Of a DNA stretch of 64,000 nt, positions 36,336-49,692 are shown piece by piece. The notes beneath the pieces were generated by a model. The model saw only the letters and a program-made list of their open reading frames with translations, ran no database searches and was not told the DNA's origin. Every line of letters begins with the position of its first letter. Within the stretch, counting starts at the first letter, position 1. This DNA comes from Isurus oxyrinchus. Its lineage: Eukaryota. Made by a program: the position numbers and the translations under genes. The stretch is taken from positions 86,986,001 to 87,050,000 of the forward strand of contig JANJGN010000016.1 of assembly GCA_026770705.1 (NCBI GenBank), read 5' to 3'.

Positions 36336-38000
36336 GGCCGGGATTCTCCCTGAAATGTGCAAACTCGGTTCATGGGCAGGAAAAATTGCGTCTCACATGG
36401 CGGCCGCAATGACATCATCTTGGAATGAATTGTCCGCATCACAGCTGATTAATTATTCATGCACAGGGCCGTTCCGCTGGTGCGCAGCATCTGATTCGCC
36501 CATCCCGCCGTGACATCAGCGCTCCCTAACTCCAGGTGCCATATTTAACCGGTGCCCCCTCACAGCGCTCGCACTCTCTGCAGCAACTCCAGTGAAGACA
36601 TGGCTCCCAAAGGGAGAAGGCACTCAGTGTCACCTCACTAGAGCACAGCTGAGGCCCACCGCAATCTCCTCAACCCCCACTCTGGCCGCAGGCCTTCCAC
36701 CAAGGTAACCAATCCGGCTTGGGGGTTTGTTTGCAGCAGTGGTCAGTGCAAACGCCCTGCAGAAGAGGTCAGCTGCTCAGTGCAGGAAGAGGATGAACGA
36801 TCTAACCCTTTCCGCCAGGGTAAGTCAACAACCTCTTCACTCTCAAATCTCACACACTCCAGCCCATCACACACTCACAAGGATCTCACTCGCTGCCACC
36901 TCGAGGGGCATCACCAGATCGAAGGCTTGTAGGCACTAGTTCACTGAGGGTGGTGCAAGTGCCCCTTCATCTTGTCGGGTGCTGGTGTGACTGGGCTGCT
37001 GGGTGGACATGTGAAGAGGCAGCACTTTCTGGTGTCTGATTCCGAGATGCCCTCCTCCAGGTGGCACCTCATCTCAGCACGGGCACATGCCCTCGAGGCT
37101 TTCCCATCCTTCACAGCATCAGGGTTACGTGACCATTCTGTGTGGCGATGCGCTGTCACCTGGAAGTTCATGGGTGAATTCGAGGAGGAGCTGGTGGCCA
37201 TGCTGGCCCATGATGGAGGACAGTTGTCCATGAGGACCCTCGGGGCATCTTGTCATCCTCCTCCTGAAATCTGCTGGCAGTGAGAGCCTCACGAGCACGC
37301 CTGCCTCGTCTGGCCCCTACAATGGCCTCTCCGCCTGCATCCTCGAATTCCAAGACCTCATCATCCTCATCCCCTTCGAGGTCCTCCTCATCGGAGGAGA
37401 CGAACAGTTCCTCCATCTTGTCATCTGCCAAGTCCTCCCCACTTTGTAGCGCCAGATCATGTACTGGGAAAAAAAGCCACAATGATGTGTGAGCCCCTCT
37501 GGGGGGGTTTAATGGAGTGCTCCGTCAGATCTGCCCAGGCATCGGGACCACATTTTCAGGATCCCTACGGTGTGCTGCAGCAATGCCCGGGATGCAGCCT
37601 GGGCCTTGTTGTACCTTCTCTCTGCAGGAGTCCGAGGCTGCAACACGGGCATCATCAGTCATGTCCTTTGTGGGTAATCCTTAACCCCGAGGTACCAGCT
37701 CTGCATCGTGTGTGGTCCCTCGAAGATGCCAAGGACCTGAGGCCTACTCAGGATGTACGAGTGTGGACACCAACTGGGAACTTGGTGCACACCCGCACGG
37801 TCAGTTTGTTATGGTTACACACCAGCTGCACATTGAGCGAGTGGCAGCCTCTCCATTGGATGGACTGGACTGCCTGTTGCCAGGCAGATTTTACAGCCAC
37901 ATGAGTGCAACTGATGGCACCCTGCACCTGTGGGAACCCGGAAAGCTCTGTAAAGCCCAGTGCTCTGGCGTCCTGTCTCGCTTGGTGTTAACCGGGGGTC
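36336..38000. mobile_element. Second decayed Harbinger element: Myb/SANT remnant (+, about 36600-36830) converging on a transposase remnant (-, about 37200-38000)
   Basis: AAVVSANALQKRSAAQCRKRMNDL followed by GTAAGT; minus strand LNVQLVC, HDLALQSGEDL and acidic tail. Confidence 0.75.
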
Positions 38001-38149
38001 ATCAGTAACGGTTATTGGTTTAGTACAAAGAGGTGAAGAGTCAATTCTCTCTTAATTCTCAATTTGCTTTATTCACGTCATTAGATCATATACATATAGC
38101 TTATATGTCTCCCCCCTTAACCCTGCTGTCGTACCTGCTTTGAGACAGA

Positions 38150-39205
38150 GAAACATAGAAAATAGGAGCAGGAGCAGGTCATTCAGTCCTTCCACCCTGC
38201 TCCACCATTCAATATGACCATAACTGACCCTTTATCTCAACACCATTCTCCCGCTCTCTCCATACCCCTTGATACCTTTAGAGTCCAGAAATCTATCTAT
38301 TTCCTTCTTAAATATATTCAGTGACTTGGCCCCCACAGCCTCTGTGGTGGAGAATTCCACAGGTTCACCAGCCTCTGAGTGAAGCAGTTTCTCCTCATCT
38401 CAGTCCTAAATGGTCTACCCTGTATCCTGAGATTGTGACCCCTTGTTCTAGACTCCCCTCCCCAGCCAGAGGAAACATCATCCCTGCGCCCAGTCTGTCC
38501 AGCCCTGTCAGAATTTTATACGTTTCAATGAAATCTCCTCTCATTCTTCTAAACTCCAGTGAATACAGGCCTAGTCGGCCCAATCTCTCCTCATACAACA
38601 ATCCTGCCATCCCAGGAATCAGTCTGGTGAACCTTTGCTGCACTCCCTTTGTGGCAAGTATATCCTTTCTTAGTTAAGGAGACCAAAACTGCACACAATA
38701 CTCCAGGTGTGGTCTCACCAAGGCCCTGTACAGCTGCAGTAAGACATCCTTGCTCCTGTACTCTTGTCCTCTCACAAGGAAGGCCAACACACTATTTGCC
38801 TTTTCACCTGCTTGCTGCACCTGCATGCTTGCTTTCAGTGATTGGTGTACAAGGACACCCAGGTCCCTTTGTACATCAACATTTCCCAATCTATCACCAT
38901 TTAAATAATACTCTGCCATTCTGTTTGTCCTGCTGAAGTGGATAACTTCACACTTACCCACGTTACACTGCACCTGCCATGTATTTGTCCACTCACTCAA
39001 CCCGTCCAAATCACCTTGAAGCCTCTTAACACCCTCCTCATCGCTCACAATCCCATCAAGTTTCATGTTGTCAGCAAACTTGGGAATATTACATTTGGGT
39101 TCCCTCATCCAAAGCATTGATATATATAGTGAATAGCTGGGGCCCAAGCACTGATCCCTGCCAAACCCCACTAGTCACCGCCTGCCACTCCGAAAAAGAC
39201 CCAGA
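38150..39205 (-). mobile_element. CR1 LINE 3' fragment
   Basis: KFADNMKL, LQLYRALVRPHLEYCVQFWSP, RLGLYSLEFRRMRGDFIETYKIL. Confidence 0.9.
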
Positions 39206-39339
39206 AGAGACCCTCCTGAAGCTGATGTGGTGCAGCCTGTGAAGTCTGGCACTGACCCTGGTGAGCTCACCTCGGGGTCAGGAATGAAGTGCAGCTTTCC
39301 AGCTCCACCTGGTTTCAATCCTGTTGTGAAACACGTGGT

Positions 39340-39990
39340 TCTAACCGCACGCCTTTCAGGTGGTTTCCTGATCCGTGTGGAACATCACAGCTCCACGCCT
39401 TCAGATTCTTTTGCAGGAACCACGTCCTCTGGAACCGCATTAATATCAGGTACCTCATTAGACACATGCAGTTCAGTGTCTCCCACTCCGACAGAGACAT
39501 CGGCCATGTCTGCCCTAGGTTGAGCAAATTCAACAAGAACCAGTGGTTCGGTAATGACTATCGGTGGAACAATGTCCTATCGTTTTATTTCTCCTATTAC
39601 AGTGGTAAATTGCAGGTTTTTTCTCCTACAAGTGCTCAGGAGGATCGCTCTCCTCTTCTCTTCCTCTGTGATTTTGTTTGCTTGAAAGAAGAACTCAAGA
39701 CATTATAAATATTGTGACCAATCATCAGTGGCTGGCTCAAAGGGATCGATTCTGAAAAACTGGCATTTTGAATGCGTATACCTGCTGTTATTTCAAACAA
39801 ACATAGAGATTCACAATCGCTGGGTGAGGTACAGAACCAATTCTGATTTATCCTCATCGCCAGTTTGTTATAGAGTTGATCTTCAGGCAACTTTCCTTCG
39901 TGGAAACATTTGACTTTGCTTACGGGACAGAGCAGCAGCAAATACCTGTGAGCATCCAACAGCACGAATACAGAAGTACTCTCTCTGTAC
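39340..39990 (-). mobile_element. Possible highly decayed Gypsy integrase 3' remnant
   Basis: Minus strand EL*CSTRIRKPPERR resembles the RRSTRxRKPP motif at the end of Gypsy pol; otherwise weak. Confidence 0.35.
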
Positions 39991-40374
39991 ACGTTCCCAT
40001 GCTGCTAGCACACTGGTTTAGAGAGATCAGGTGATCTTATAGCATGGGATTATTCTTATAGCTGCAGTCCAACAGTCACCAAATTTATCATCACCAAAGC
40101 ATGAGTGTAAATTCACAACTTTTATTACTGTTTATTTGGATGGAAAAAAATGCAAAACAAAGTTAATTATTGTTTAGTCAATCCCGTCTGTTTTTAATTG
40201 TACAATATTTAAGAACAACTCACTCCCTGGAGAGCTCATGTAAATACTGAGCCCCTCCTGGAGCCTAATGTTATGGGAGGGAAACAGAGGAAATTCAGAA
40301 CGAGTGGTTCAAGAGTGAAACTCGGCAGCTTTAATTCAGAGGGGCATGATCTCACAATATTGTTAGATGCTGAA

Positions 40375-42675
40375 CACAAAAATACTGCTCCCTGTACCCT
40401 CCAATACTGCCAGATCGCTACTCTATCCAACTCTACCAGCTCCCTGCACACTCCAATAATGCCAACTCCCTGTTCCCTCCAAAACTACCAGCTCCCTGCA
40501 CCCTCCAATAATGCCAACTCCCTGTTCCAAAACTACCAGCTCTCTTTACCCTCCAATAATGCCAACTCCCTGTTCCCTCCAACACTACCAACCCAATGCA
40601 GTCCCCAATAATGACAGCTCCCTGCTCTCCCCAATACCGTCAGCTCCCTGCTCCCTCCACAACTGCCTCCTTACTGCTTCCTCTAATACTGCCGACTCTC
40701 TAGCCCCTCCCTGCTCTCTCCAACAAGACCAGCTACCTGCTCTCTCCAACAAGACCAGCTCCCTGCTCTCTCCAACAAGACCAGCTCCCTGCTCTCTCCA
40801 ACAAGACCAGCTCCTTGCTCTCTCCAATTCTGCCAGCTCCCTGCTCTCTCCAACAAGACCAGCTCCTTGCTCTCTCCAACAAGACCAGCTCCCTGCTCTC
40901 TCCAACAAGACCAGCACCCTGCTCTCTCCAACAAGACCAGCTCCCTGCTCTCTCCAACAAGACCAGCTCCCTGCTCTCTCCAATTCTGCCAGCTCCCTGC
41001 TCTCTCCAACAAGACCAGCTCCCTGCTCTCTCCAACAAGACCAGCATCCTGCTCTCTCCAATTCTGCCAGCTCCCTGCTCTCTCCAATTCTGCCAGCTCC
41101 CTGCTCTCTCCAACAAGACCAGCTCCCTGCTCCATCTCCACTGCCAGCTCCCTGCTCTCTCCAATTCTGCCAGCTCCCTGCTCTCTCCAAAAAGACCAGC
41201 TCCCTGCTCTCTCCAACAAGACCAGCTCCCTGCTCTCTCCAACAAGACCAGCTCCCTGCTCTCTCCAACAAGACCAGCTCCCTGCTCTCTCCAACAAGAC
41301 CAGCTCCCTGCTCTTCCAACAAGACCAGCTCCCTACTCTCTCCAATTCTGCCAGCACCCTGCTCTCTCCAACAAGACCAGCTCCCTGCTCTCTCCAATTC
41401 TGCCAGCTCCCTGCTCTCTCCAACAAGACCAGCTCCCTGCTCCATCTACCACTGCCAGCTCCCACAAATAATGCCAGTTACCTGCTTTTTCCAATACTGC
41501 CAGCTCCTTGCCCCCTCAACTGTTGCTAGCTCTCTGCTCCCTCCACTACTGCCAGTTCCCTGCTCCCTCCAATATTACCAGCTCCCTGAACTACACAATA
41601 CTGCCAGCTCCTTGCCCTCTTCAATAATCCCGACTCCCTGTTCCCTCAAACACTACCAGCTCCCTGCAGTCTCCAATAATGCATATTCCCTGCTCTCTCC
41701 AAAACTGCCAGTTCCCTGCACCCTCCAATACTGCCAGCTCCCTGCACCTTCCAATAATGCCAGCTCCCTGCTCCGTCCAATACTGCCAGCACCCTGCACC
41801 CTCCAATACTGCCAGCTCCCTGCACCTTCCAATAATGACAACTCCCTGCACCTTCCAATAATGCCAGCTCCCTGCACCTTCCAATAATGCCAGCTCTCTT
41901 CTCCCTCCAAAACTGCCAACTGCCCGCTCCATCTAATACTGCCAGATCGCTATTCTCTCTGACAATTCCAGCTCCATTCGCACTCCAATATTGTCCGATC
42001 GCTACTCTCTCCAAGAATGCCAGCACCCCGCTCCCTCCAATACTGCCAGCTCTCTGTTTCCAATACTGTCAGGTCCCTGCTCTCTCCAATAATGCCAGCT
42101 CCCTGTTCCCTCAAAAACTATCAGCTCCCTGTGGCCTCCAATAAAGCATGCTGCCCACTCTTTCCAATACTGTCAGCACCCAGTACCCACCAGTACCGCC
42201 ATCTCCCTGCTCTCTCGAATACTGCCAGTTCCCAGCTCCCGCCAATACTGCCAGCTACCTGCTCCCTCTAAACTGCCACCTCTCTGCTCCCTCCAGTATC
42301 TCCACCTCCCAGCTCCCTCCAACACTGCCATCTCCCTGCTCCCTCCAACACTGCCATCTCCCTGCTACCTCCAATAATGCCAGTTCCCTGATCCCTCCAT
42401 TACTGCCAGCTCTCTCCTCCCTCCAATACTGCCAGCTGCTTGCTCTCTCCAATACTGCCAGCTCCCTCCAATACTGCCACCTCTCTACTCCCTCCAATAC
42501 TGCCAGCTGCTTGCTCTCTCCAATACTGCCAGCTCCCTCCAATACTGCCACCTCTCTACTCCCTCCAATACTGCCAACATCCCTGCACTCTCCAATACGC
42601 CCAGATCCTTACTCCCTCTAATACTGCCACCTCCCTGCTCCCTCCAATACTGCCAGCTCCCTCCTCCCTCTGAAA
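40375..42675. repeat. 26-bp C-rich minisatellite (about 85-90 units, homogeneous core 40710-41440)
   Basis: Unit CTCCCTGCTCTCTCCAACAAGACCAG with variant ...CCAATACTGCCAG. Confidence 0.95.
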
Positions 42676-43419
42676 CTGCCCATTTCCTGTGGTCAGAGGT
42701 TGTCCTCAATGCCAATTATGCCCCCAAGTATGTGAATTGGTTCAGCCTCAAGTAGTTCCCTGCTTTCATTAAACACTGTTTCCCATTGCTGGAACCTCGA
42801 TTTAATCGGAATTATTTTTCTATTGATAGTTCCTGGGAGTGAACAATGTCTCTGGAAGGTGGAGGGAGGGAAGTTGAATCATCGCCACACTAACTGGCAC
42901 TGGGAAAATGTCACTGGCTTCACGGGGCAGATCTGGTGGCTCGTGACTCCCAGGGGGTTATTTTAGGGACAGGGTGAAAACAGACAGTCAGGGGGGCTGC
43001 GTTAGTCAGAAACTCCTGTTTGAAAGTCTGGATTTCACACCCAATTGTGGAGCTTACTGAGGATTCCCATGATGTAAACCTGCCTCCGGCTGCTAAAAGG
43101 GACACCTGCACCTTTAACACTCAAACACTGATTGGAAGCGATGTTTCTGGAGATGGATATGTAACCGGCACTAACCCACTTCCACTGAAGATGTGGAGTG
43201 TGCTGACTGGGAGGGAAGTGAGAGTTACAGGATGTCTCAGTGACCCAGTGAGAGGGTCCACAGCTTCTCAGATGTGACTCTGGAGGCCCTGGTGTGGGAG
43301 GTCCAGAGGAGAAGGGATGTCCCTCACCCACAGGGAGTGGGGAAGGAGGTTACAGAGGCAGCTCATGCAGTGAATATGGAGGGAGATCACCCAGGAGGTG
43401 ACAGCCCAGAGCACTGTCC

Positions 43420-45425
43420 CCAGGACATGGATATAGAGGATTGGATGAGGAAAAAAAGGAGGCTTATGGCAGATACAGAGGGCTGAAAACAGCAGAAGCC
43501 CTCGAGGAGTATAGAAAGTGGAGGGGGGTACTTAAAAAAATAATTAGGAAAGCAAAGAGGGGCATGAGAAAACACTGGCAGGCAAGGTAAAGGAAAATCC
43601 TGAGGCATTTTATAAATATATTAAGGGCAAGAGGATAACCAGGGAAAGAGTAGGGCCTATTCGGGACCAAAGTGGCAATCTGTGTGTGGAGCTGGAGGAC
43701 GTGGGTGAGGTTTTAAATGATTACTTTTCATCTGTGTTCACTATGGAGAAGGACAATGTAGCTGTAGAAATCAGGGAGGGGGACTGTGATACACTTGAAC
43801 AAATGAGCATTGAAAGGGAGGAGTATTAGTGCTTTTAGCTGGCTTAAAAATGGATAAATCCCCAGTCTGAGATGAGATGTACTCCAGGCTGCTGTGTGAG
43901 GCAAAGAGAGGAGATTGTAGGGGCTCTGACACTAATTTTCAAATCCTCTCTGGCCACAGGAGAGGTGCCAGGGGACTGGAGGACTGTGAATGTGGCACCG
44001 TTATTCAAGCAGGGTAGTAGGGATAAACCAGGTAACCACAGGCCAGTGAGTCTAACATCAGTGGGAGGGAAATTATTGGGAAAAGTTCTGAGGGACAGGA
44101 TTAATCTCCACTTGGAGAGGCAGGGATTAATCTGGGATAACCAGCATGGCTTTGTCAGGGGGACATCATGTCTAACACATCTGATTGAATTTTTTGAGGA
44201 GTTAACTAGTTGTGTAGATGAGGGTGCTGCAGCTGATGTAGTTTACATGGACTTCAGTAAGGCTTTTGACAAGGTCCCACATGGGAGAATGGTCAAGAAG
44301 GTCAGAGCTCAAGGGATCCAGGGCAATTTGGCAAATTGGATCCAAAATTGGCTGAGTGGCAGGAGGCAAAGGGTCATGTTCGAAGGTTGTTTTTGTGACT
44401 GGAAGCCTATGGCGAGTGGTGTACCGCAGGGATCGGTGCTGGGACCCTTGCTGTTTGTAGTGTACATTAATGATTTAGATGTGAATATAGGAGGTATGAT
44501 AGGAAGCTCGACGGTGACAGAAAAATTGATGGTGTAAATAGTGAGGAGGAAGGCCTTAGATTACAGGATGATATAGATGGACTGGTCAGATGGGCAGGGC
44601 AGTGACAAATGGAATTTAATCCTGGGAAGTGTGAGATGATACATTTTTGGAGGACTAACATGACAAGGGAACACATGATGAATGGTAGGACCCCAGGAAG
44701 TACAGAGGATCAGAGGGACCTCGGTGTACATGTCCATAGATCCCTGAAGGCAGCAGCACAGGTAGATAAGGTGGTTAAGAAGGCATATGGGATACTTGCC
44801 TTTATTAGCCGAGGCATAGAATATTAGAGCAGGGAGGTTATGTTTGGAGCTGTATAAAATGCTAGTTAGGCCACAGCTGGAGCACTGTGTGCAGTTCTGG
44901 TCATCACATTATAGGAAGGATGTGCCTGCACTGAAGAGGGTGCAGAGGAGATTCACCAGGATGTAGCCTGAGCTGGAGTGTTTCAGCTATGAAGAGAGGC
45001 TGGATACGTTAGGGTTGTTTTCCTTAGAGCAGAGAAGGTTGAGGGGGGAGCTGATAGAGGTGTACAAATTATGAGGGTCGTAGATAGGGTAGGTAGGAAG
45101 AAACTTTCCACTTAGCAGAGGTGTGAATAACCAGGGGACATAGATTTAAGGTGAGGGGCAGGAGGTTTAGAGGGGATGTAAGGAAAGATGTTTTCACCCA
45201 GAGGATGGCTGGAATCTGGAACTCACTGCCTGAGGGGGTGGTAGAGACAGGAACCCTCACAACACTTAAGAAGTATTTAGATGAGCACTTGAAATGCCAG
45301 AACATACAGTGCTATGGGACAAGTGCTGGCAAATGGGATTAGAATAGACAGGTGTTTGATGGCTGGCATGGACACGATGGGCCGAAGGGCCTGTTTCTGT
45401 GCTGTATAATTCTATGTCTCTATGA
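43420..45425 (+). mobile_element. CR1 LINE ORF2 (RT) 3' portion, decayed
   Basis: DWRTVNVAPLFK, QHGFVRGTSCLTHLIEFFEE, VVYMDFSKAFDKVPH, GVPQGSVLGPLLFVVYINDLD; TTCTATG tail. Confidence 0.93.
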
Positions 45426-45688
45426 CCCAATGGCTCCAGTGTCAATAAACTACAACAACCAGAATATCTTGTGTTTATATAGTGCGTGGAACTGAATATA
45501 ATGTCTGAATGCACTTTACAGGAATGTTATCAACTAAAAACTGATGCTGTATTAACAAAGGAGATATTAAGACAGACGAGCAACAGCTTCGAAAGAGGCA
45601 GGTTTGAGGAATGTGTTAAAGGGGACAAAGAGGGGTTGGGAATTGGAGAGGTTTAGGGAAGGAATTCCGGAGTTTAGAGATTTGGGAG

Positions 45689-46945
45689 TTAAATTTTCTG
45701 TGGAGTGGTGAAGTTCCTCACAGAAGTTGCAGTCGTCTTGTACAGCAGAAGGGGCTCCGCTCCGGTGTGTGGTCCAGCCAGTTTGCACAACCTGCTGCAG
45801 TTTCTCAGGACGACATCCTTCTTGGTCACTTCCCTGATCTCAGTCAGTTTGGTTCCAGCCACAGGAAAGTTCTTTGTCAGCGTGTGAACCTGTGCTGCCC
45901 TTTCTTTATTCTCTTGCTCCGTGATGGGTGGGTATGCACGTGACAGAGAGTCTGCGATGTACATTTCCATGTCTGGTTTCTATTTAACTCTGGCCTGGTA
46001 CTTCTGCAGACACATTAATAATCTTTGGATTCTTGGTGGTGCACAGTTTAAGGATTTTTAAGTGCAGCTTCCAAAGGCTTATGATCAGACTCTGCCTCCA
46101 TGTCTTTGCCAAACTGATGGAAACATTCTAGGTCAAACACAATTGCTAACATTTCTTTCTCTATTTGGACACCCCGCTGCTGTGTTTCAGTCGTTGCCTT
46201 TGAAGCCGATGCCACTGGGGCCTCATTTTGCAAGAGGACAGTTCCCAGGCCAGTCTTTGAAGCATCCACTGAGATCTTGACCGGGTGACTGACATCGTAA
46301 CACTTTAACCCTGGTGCATGGGTCAGTGTTCTGTGCAGACTGGTCAAAGCTTCCTGGTGACTTTGTTCCCAGTGCAATTCCACATCATTTTGTGGAAGTT
46401 CTCTGAGAGGTGCTGTCAGGTCTGATACGTTTGAAATGAATTTCCCAGGATAGCTCACCATTCCCTAATACCTCTCCAAGTCTTTCTTACATCCTGGGAG
46501 TGGCATGTTCACAACTGCTTCGATTTTACTCGGGTCCGGTTTCAGTCCCTCACTTGTTGGCACATGTCCCAAGTACTTGATTTCATGAAGACCTATTTTG
46601 TACTTTTCCTTCCTCAACTTGAGGCTCCTTTCTCCAGCTCTGGCCAGTACCTGCCTCAGTCTGTGGTCGTACTCTTCTCGTGAGTCTCCCCAGACCAGCA
46701 CATCATCGATATAGGTTTCACTGCCCTCTAACCCTTCAAACAGCCCCTTCACTGCTCTGTGGAAAACCTCCGGAGCCGAATTAATACCAAAAGGTCAGCG
46801 TAGAAACCTGTTTGACCCGTATGGTGTGTTCAAGGTACAGAGACAGGAGCAGCGTTCATCCAGCTTGACCTGCCAGAAGCACAAACTCACATCTGAGACT
46901 GAATAGTATTTAGCATCAGCAACTATACACGCGATCTCTTCTACA
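45689..46945 (-). mobile_element. Ty3/Gypsy pol fragment (RT and RNase H), decayed
   Basis: FWQVKLDE...NTPYG...PFGINSAPEVF...TYIDDVLVWG; ISVDASKTGLGTVLLQ...IEKEMLAIVF...SDHKPL. Confidence 0.9.
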
Positions 46946-47634
46946 CATGATCTCTGAATAGTATTCAGCATCAGGTACTTTACACATGATCTCTTCTACA
47001 CGTGATCTCTGAATTGTATTTAGCATCAGCTAGTTTACACGTGATCTCTTCTACACGTGATCTCTGAATAGTATTCAGCATCAGGTACTTTACATGTGAT
47101 CTCTTCTGCATGTGATCTCTGAACATTATTTAGCATCAGCTAGTTTACACGTGATCTCTTCTATACGTGATCTCTGAATATTATTTTGTATCAGCTGGTT
47201 TCACACGTGATCTCTTCTACATGTGATCTCTGAATAGTATTTAGCATCAGCTTGTTTACACATGATCACTTCTAAATGTGATCTCTGAATAGTATTTAGC
47301 ATCAGATAGTTTACACGTGATCTCTTCTACACCTGATCTCTGAATAGTATTTAGCATCAGCTACTTTACACAAGATCTCTTCTACACGTGATCTCTGAAT
47401 AGTATTTAGCATTATATAGTTTATACGTGATCTCTTCTACACGAGATCTATGAATAGTATTTAGCATCAGCTTTTTTACACGTGATCTCTTCTACACCTG
47501 ATCTCTGAATAGTATTTAGCATCAGCTTGTTTACACGTGATCTCTTCTACACCTGATCTCTGAATAGTATTTAGCATCAGCTTGTTTACATGTGATCTCT
47601 TCTATACCTGATCTCTGAATAGTATTTAGCATCA
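46895..47634. repeat. 55-bp minisatellite (about 13 units) derived from Gypsy RT sequence
   Basis: Unit TGATCTCTTCTACACGTGATCTCTGAATAGTATTTAGCATCAGCTAGTTTACACG; period 55 (46901, 46956, 47011, 47066...). Confidence 0.93.
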
Positions 47635-47635
47635 T

Positions 47636-49052
47636 ATAGATAAGCCAAGGAACTATAGGCCAGTGAGTCTCACATCAGTGGTAGGGAAACTATTGGAGAA
47701 AGTTCTGAAGGAGAGTATCTATCTCCACTTGGAGAGGCAAGGTTTGATCAGGGATTGTCAGCATGGCTTTGTCAGAGGGAGGTCATCCCTAACAAATTTG
47801 ATTGAATGTTTTGAGGAGGTGACCAGGTGTGTAGATAAGGGTAGAGCAGATGATGTAGTTTATATGGATTTCAGCAAAGCCTTTGACAAGTTCCCACATG
47901 GGAGAATTATAAAGAAGGCAAATGGACATGGGATACAGGGTAATTTGATAAGATGGATTCAAAATTGGTTTAGTTGTAGGAGACAGAAGGTGATGACAGA
48001 AGGATACTTTAGTGACTGGAAGCCAGTGTCCAGTGGCGAACCACAGGGATCTGTGCTGGGTCCCCTATTATTCGTCATTTATATAAACAACATAGATGAC
48101 TATGTGGGGGTAGGATTAGTAAGTTTGCGGATGACACAAAGATTGGCCGAGTGGTTAACAGTGAGGCTGAGAGTCTTGGGCTACAGGAAGATATAGACAG
48201 GATGGTCAAATGGGCAGATAAGTGGCAGATGGAATTTAACCCTGAAAAGTGTGAGGTGATACATTTTGGAAGGAGTAATTTGACAAGGAAGTATTCAATG
48301 AATGGCATGACACTAGGAAGTTCTAAGGAACAAAGGGACATTGGCGTGAGTGTCCATAGATCTCTGAAGGCGGAGGGGCATGTTAGTGGGGTGGTGAAAA
48401 AGACATATGGGACACCTGCCTTTATCAATTGAGGCACAGATTACAAAATTTGGGAGGTCATGTTGGAGTGTATAGAACCTTGGTGAGGTCACTGCTGGAG
48501 TACTTTGTGCAGTTCTGGTCGCCACAATATAGGAAGGATGTGATAGCGCTGGAGGGGGTGCAGAGGAGATTCAACAGGATGTTGCCTGGGATGAAACATT
48601 TAAGATATGAAGAGAGGTTGGATAGACTTGGGTCGTTTTTGTTGGAGCAGAGAAGACTGAGTGGTGACCTGATCGAGGTGTACAAGATTATGAGGGGCAT
48701 GGACAGGGTGGATAGGGGGCAGCTGTTCCCCTTAGTTGAAGGGTCAGTTATGAGGGGACATAAGTTCAAGGTGAGGGGCAGGAGGTTTAGGGGGGATGTG
48801 AGGGGAACATTTTTTACCCAGAGGGTGGTGACAGTCTGGAATGCATTGCCTGGGAGGGTGGTGCAGGCGGGTTGCCTCACATCATTTAAAAAGTACCTGG
48901 ATGAGCCCTTGGCATGTCATAACATTCAAGGCTATGGGCCAAGTGCAGGTAAATGGGATTAGGTAGGAAGGTCAGGTGTTTCTCACATGTCAGTGTAGAC
49001 TCGATGGGCTGAAGGGCCTCTTCCCCACTGTGTGATTCTGTGATTCTCTGAT
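47636..49052 (+). mobile_element. CR1 LINE RT 3' portion, decayed
   Basis: NYRPVSLTSVVGKLLE, VVYMDFSKAFDK, FADDTKIG and FFTQRVVTVWNALP; ATTCTGTG tail. Confidence 0.93.
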
Positions 49053-49128
49053 TGTGTGAATAGTCTTGTTATAAACGAACCGTTCCGATGAGTGACCATA
49101 ATGTGATAGAATTTACATTATGTTTGGA

Positions 49129-49692
49129 AATGTACAGACTGGATTGTGAAGTGTGATGTACCTGAGTACACAGACTGGATTGTGAAGTGTGATGTACCTG
49201 AGTATACAGACTGGATTGTGAAGTGTGATGTACCTGAGTACACAGACTGGATTGTGAAGTGTGATGTACCTGAGTATATAGACTGGATTGTGAAGTGTGA
49301 AGTACCTGGGTACACAGACTGGATTGTGAAGTGTGATAAACCTGAGTACACAGACTGGCTTGTGAAGTGTGATGTACCTGAGTACACAGACTGGATTGTG
49401 ATGTGTGTTGTACCTGAGAACACAGACTGGATTGTGAATTGTGATGTACCTGAGTACACAGACTGGATTGTGAAGTGTGATGTACCTGAGTACACAGACT
49501 GGATTGTGAAGTGTGATGTACCTGAGTACACAGACAGGATTGTGAATTGTGATATACCTGAGTACATGGACAGGATTGTGAATTGTGATGTACCTGAGTT
49601 CACGGACTGGATTGTGAAGTGTGATGTACCTGAGTACACAGACTGGATTGTGAAGTGTGTTGTACCTGAGTACACAGACTGGACTGTGAAAT
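49129..49692 (-). repeat. 36-bp satellite array 3 (about 15 units), inverted
   Basis: Reverse complement of the same consensus. Confidence 0.97.

Noticed and set aside
40511-41887. 458-aa and overlapping repetitive ORFs
   Set aside because: Translations of the 26-bp minisatellite in multiple frames.
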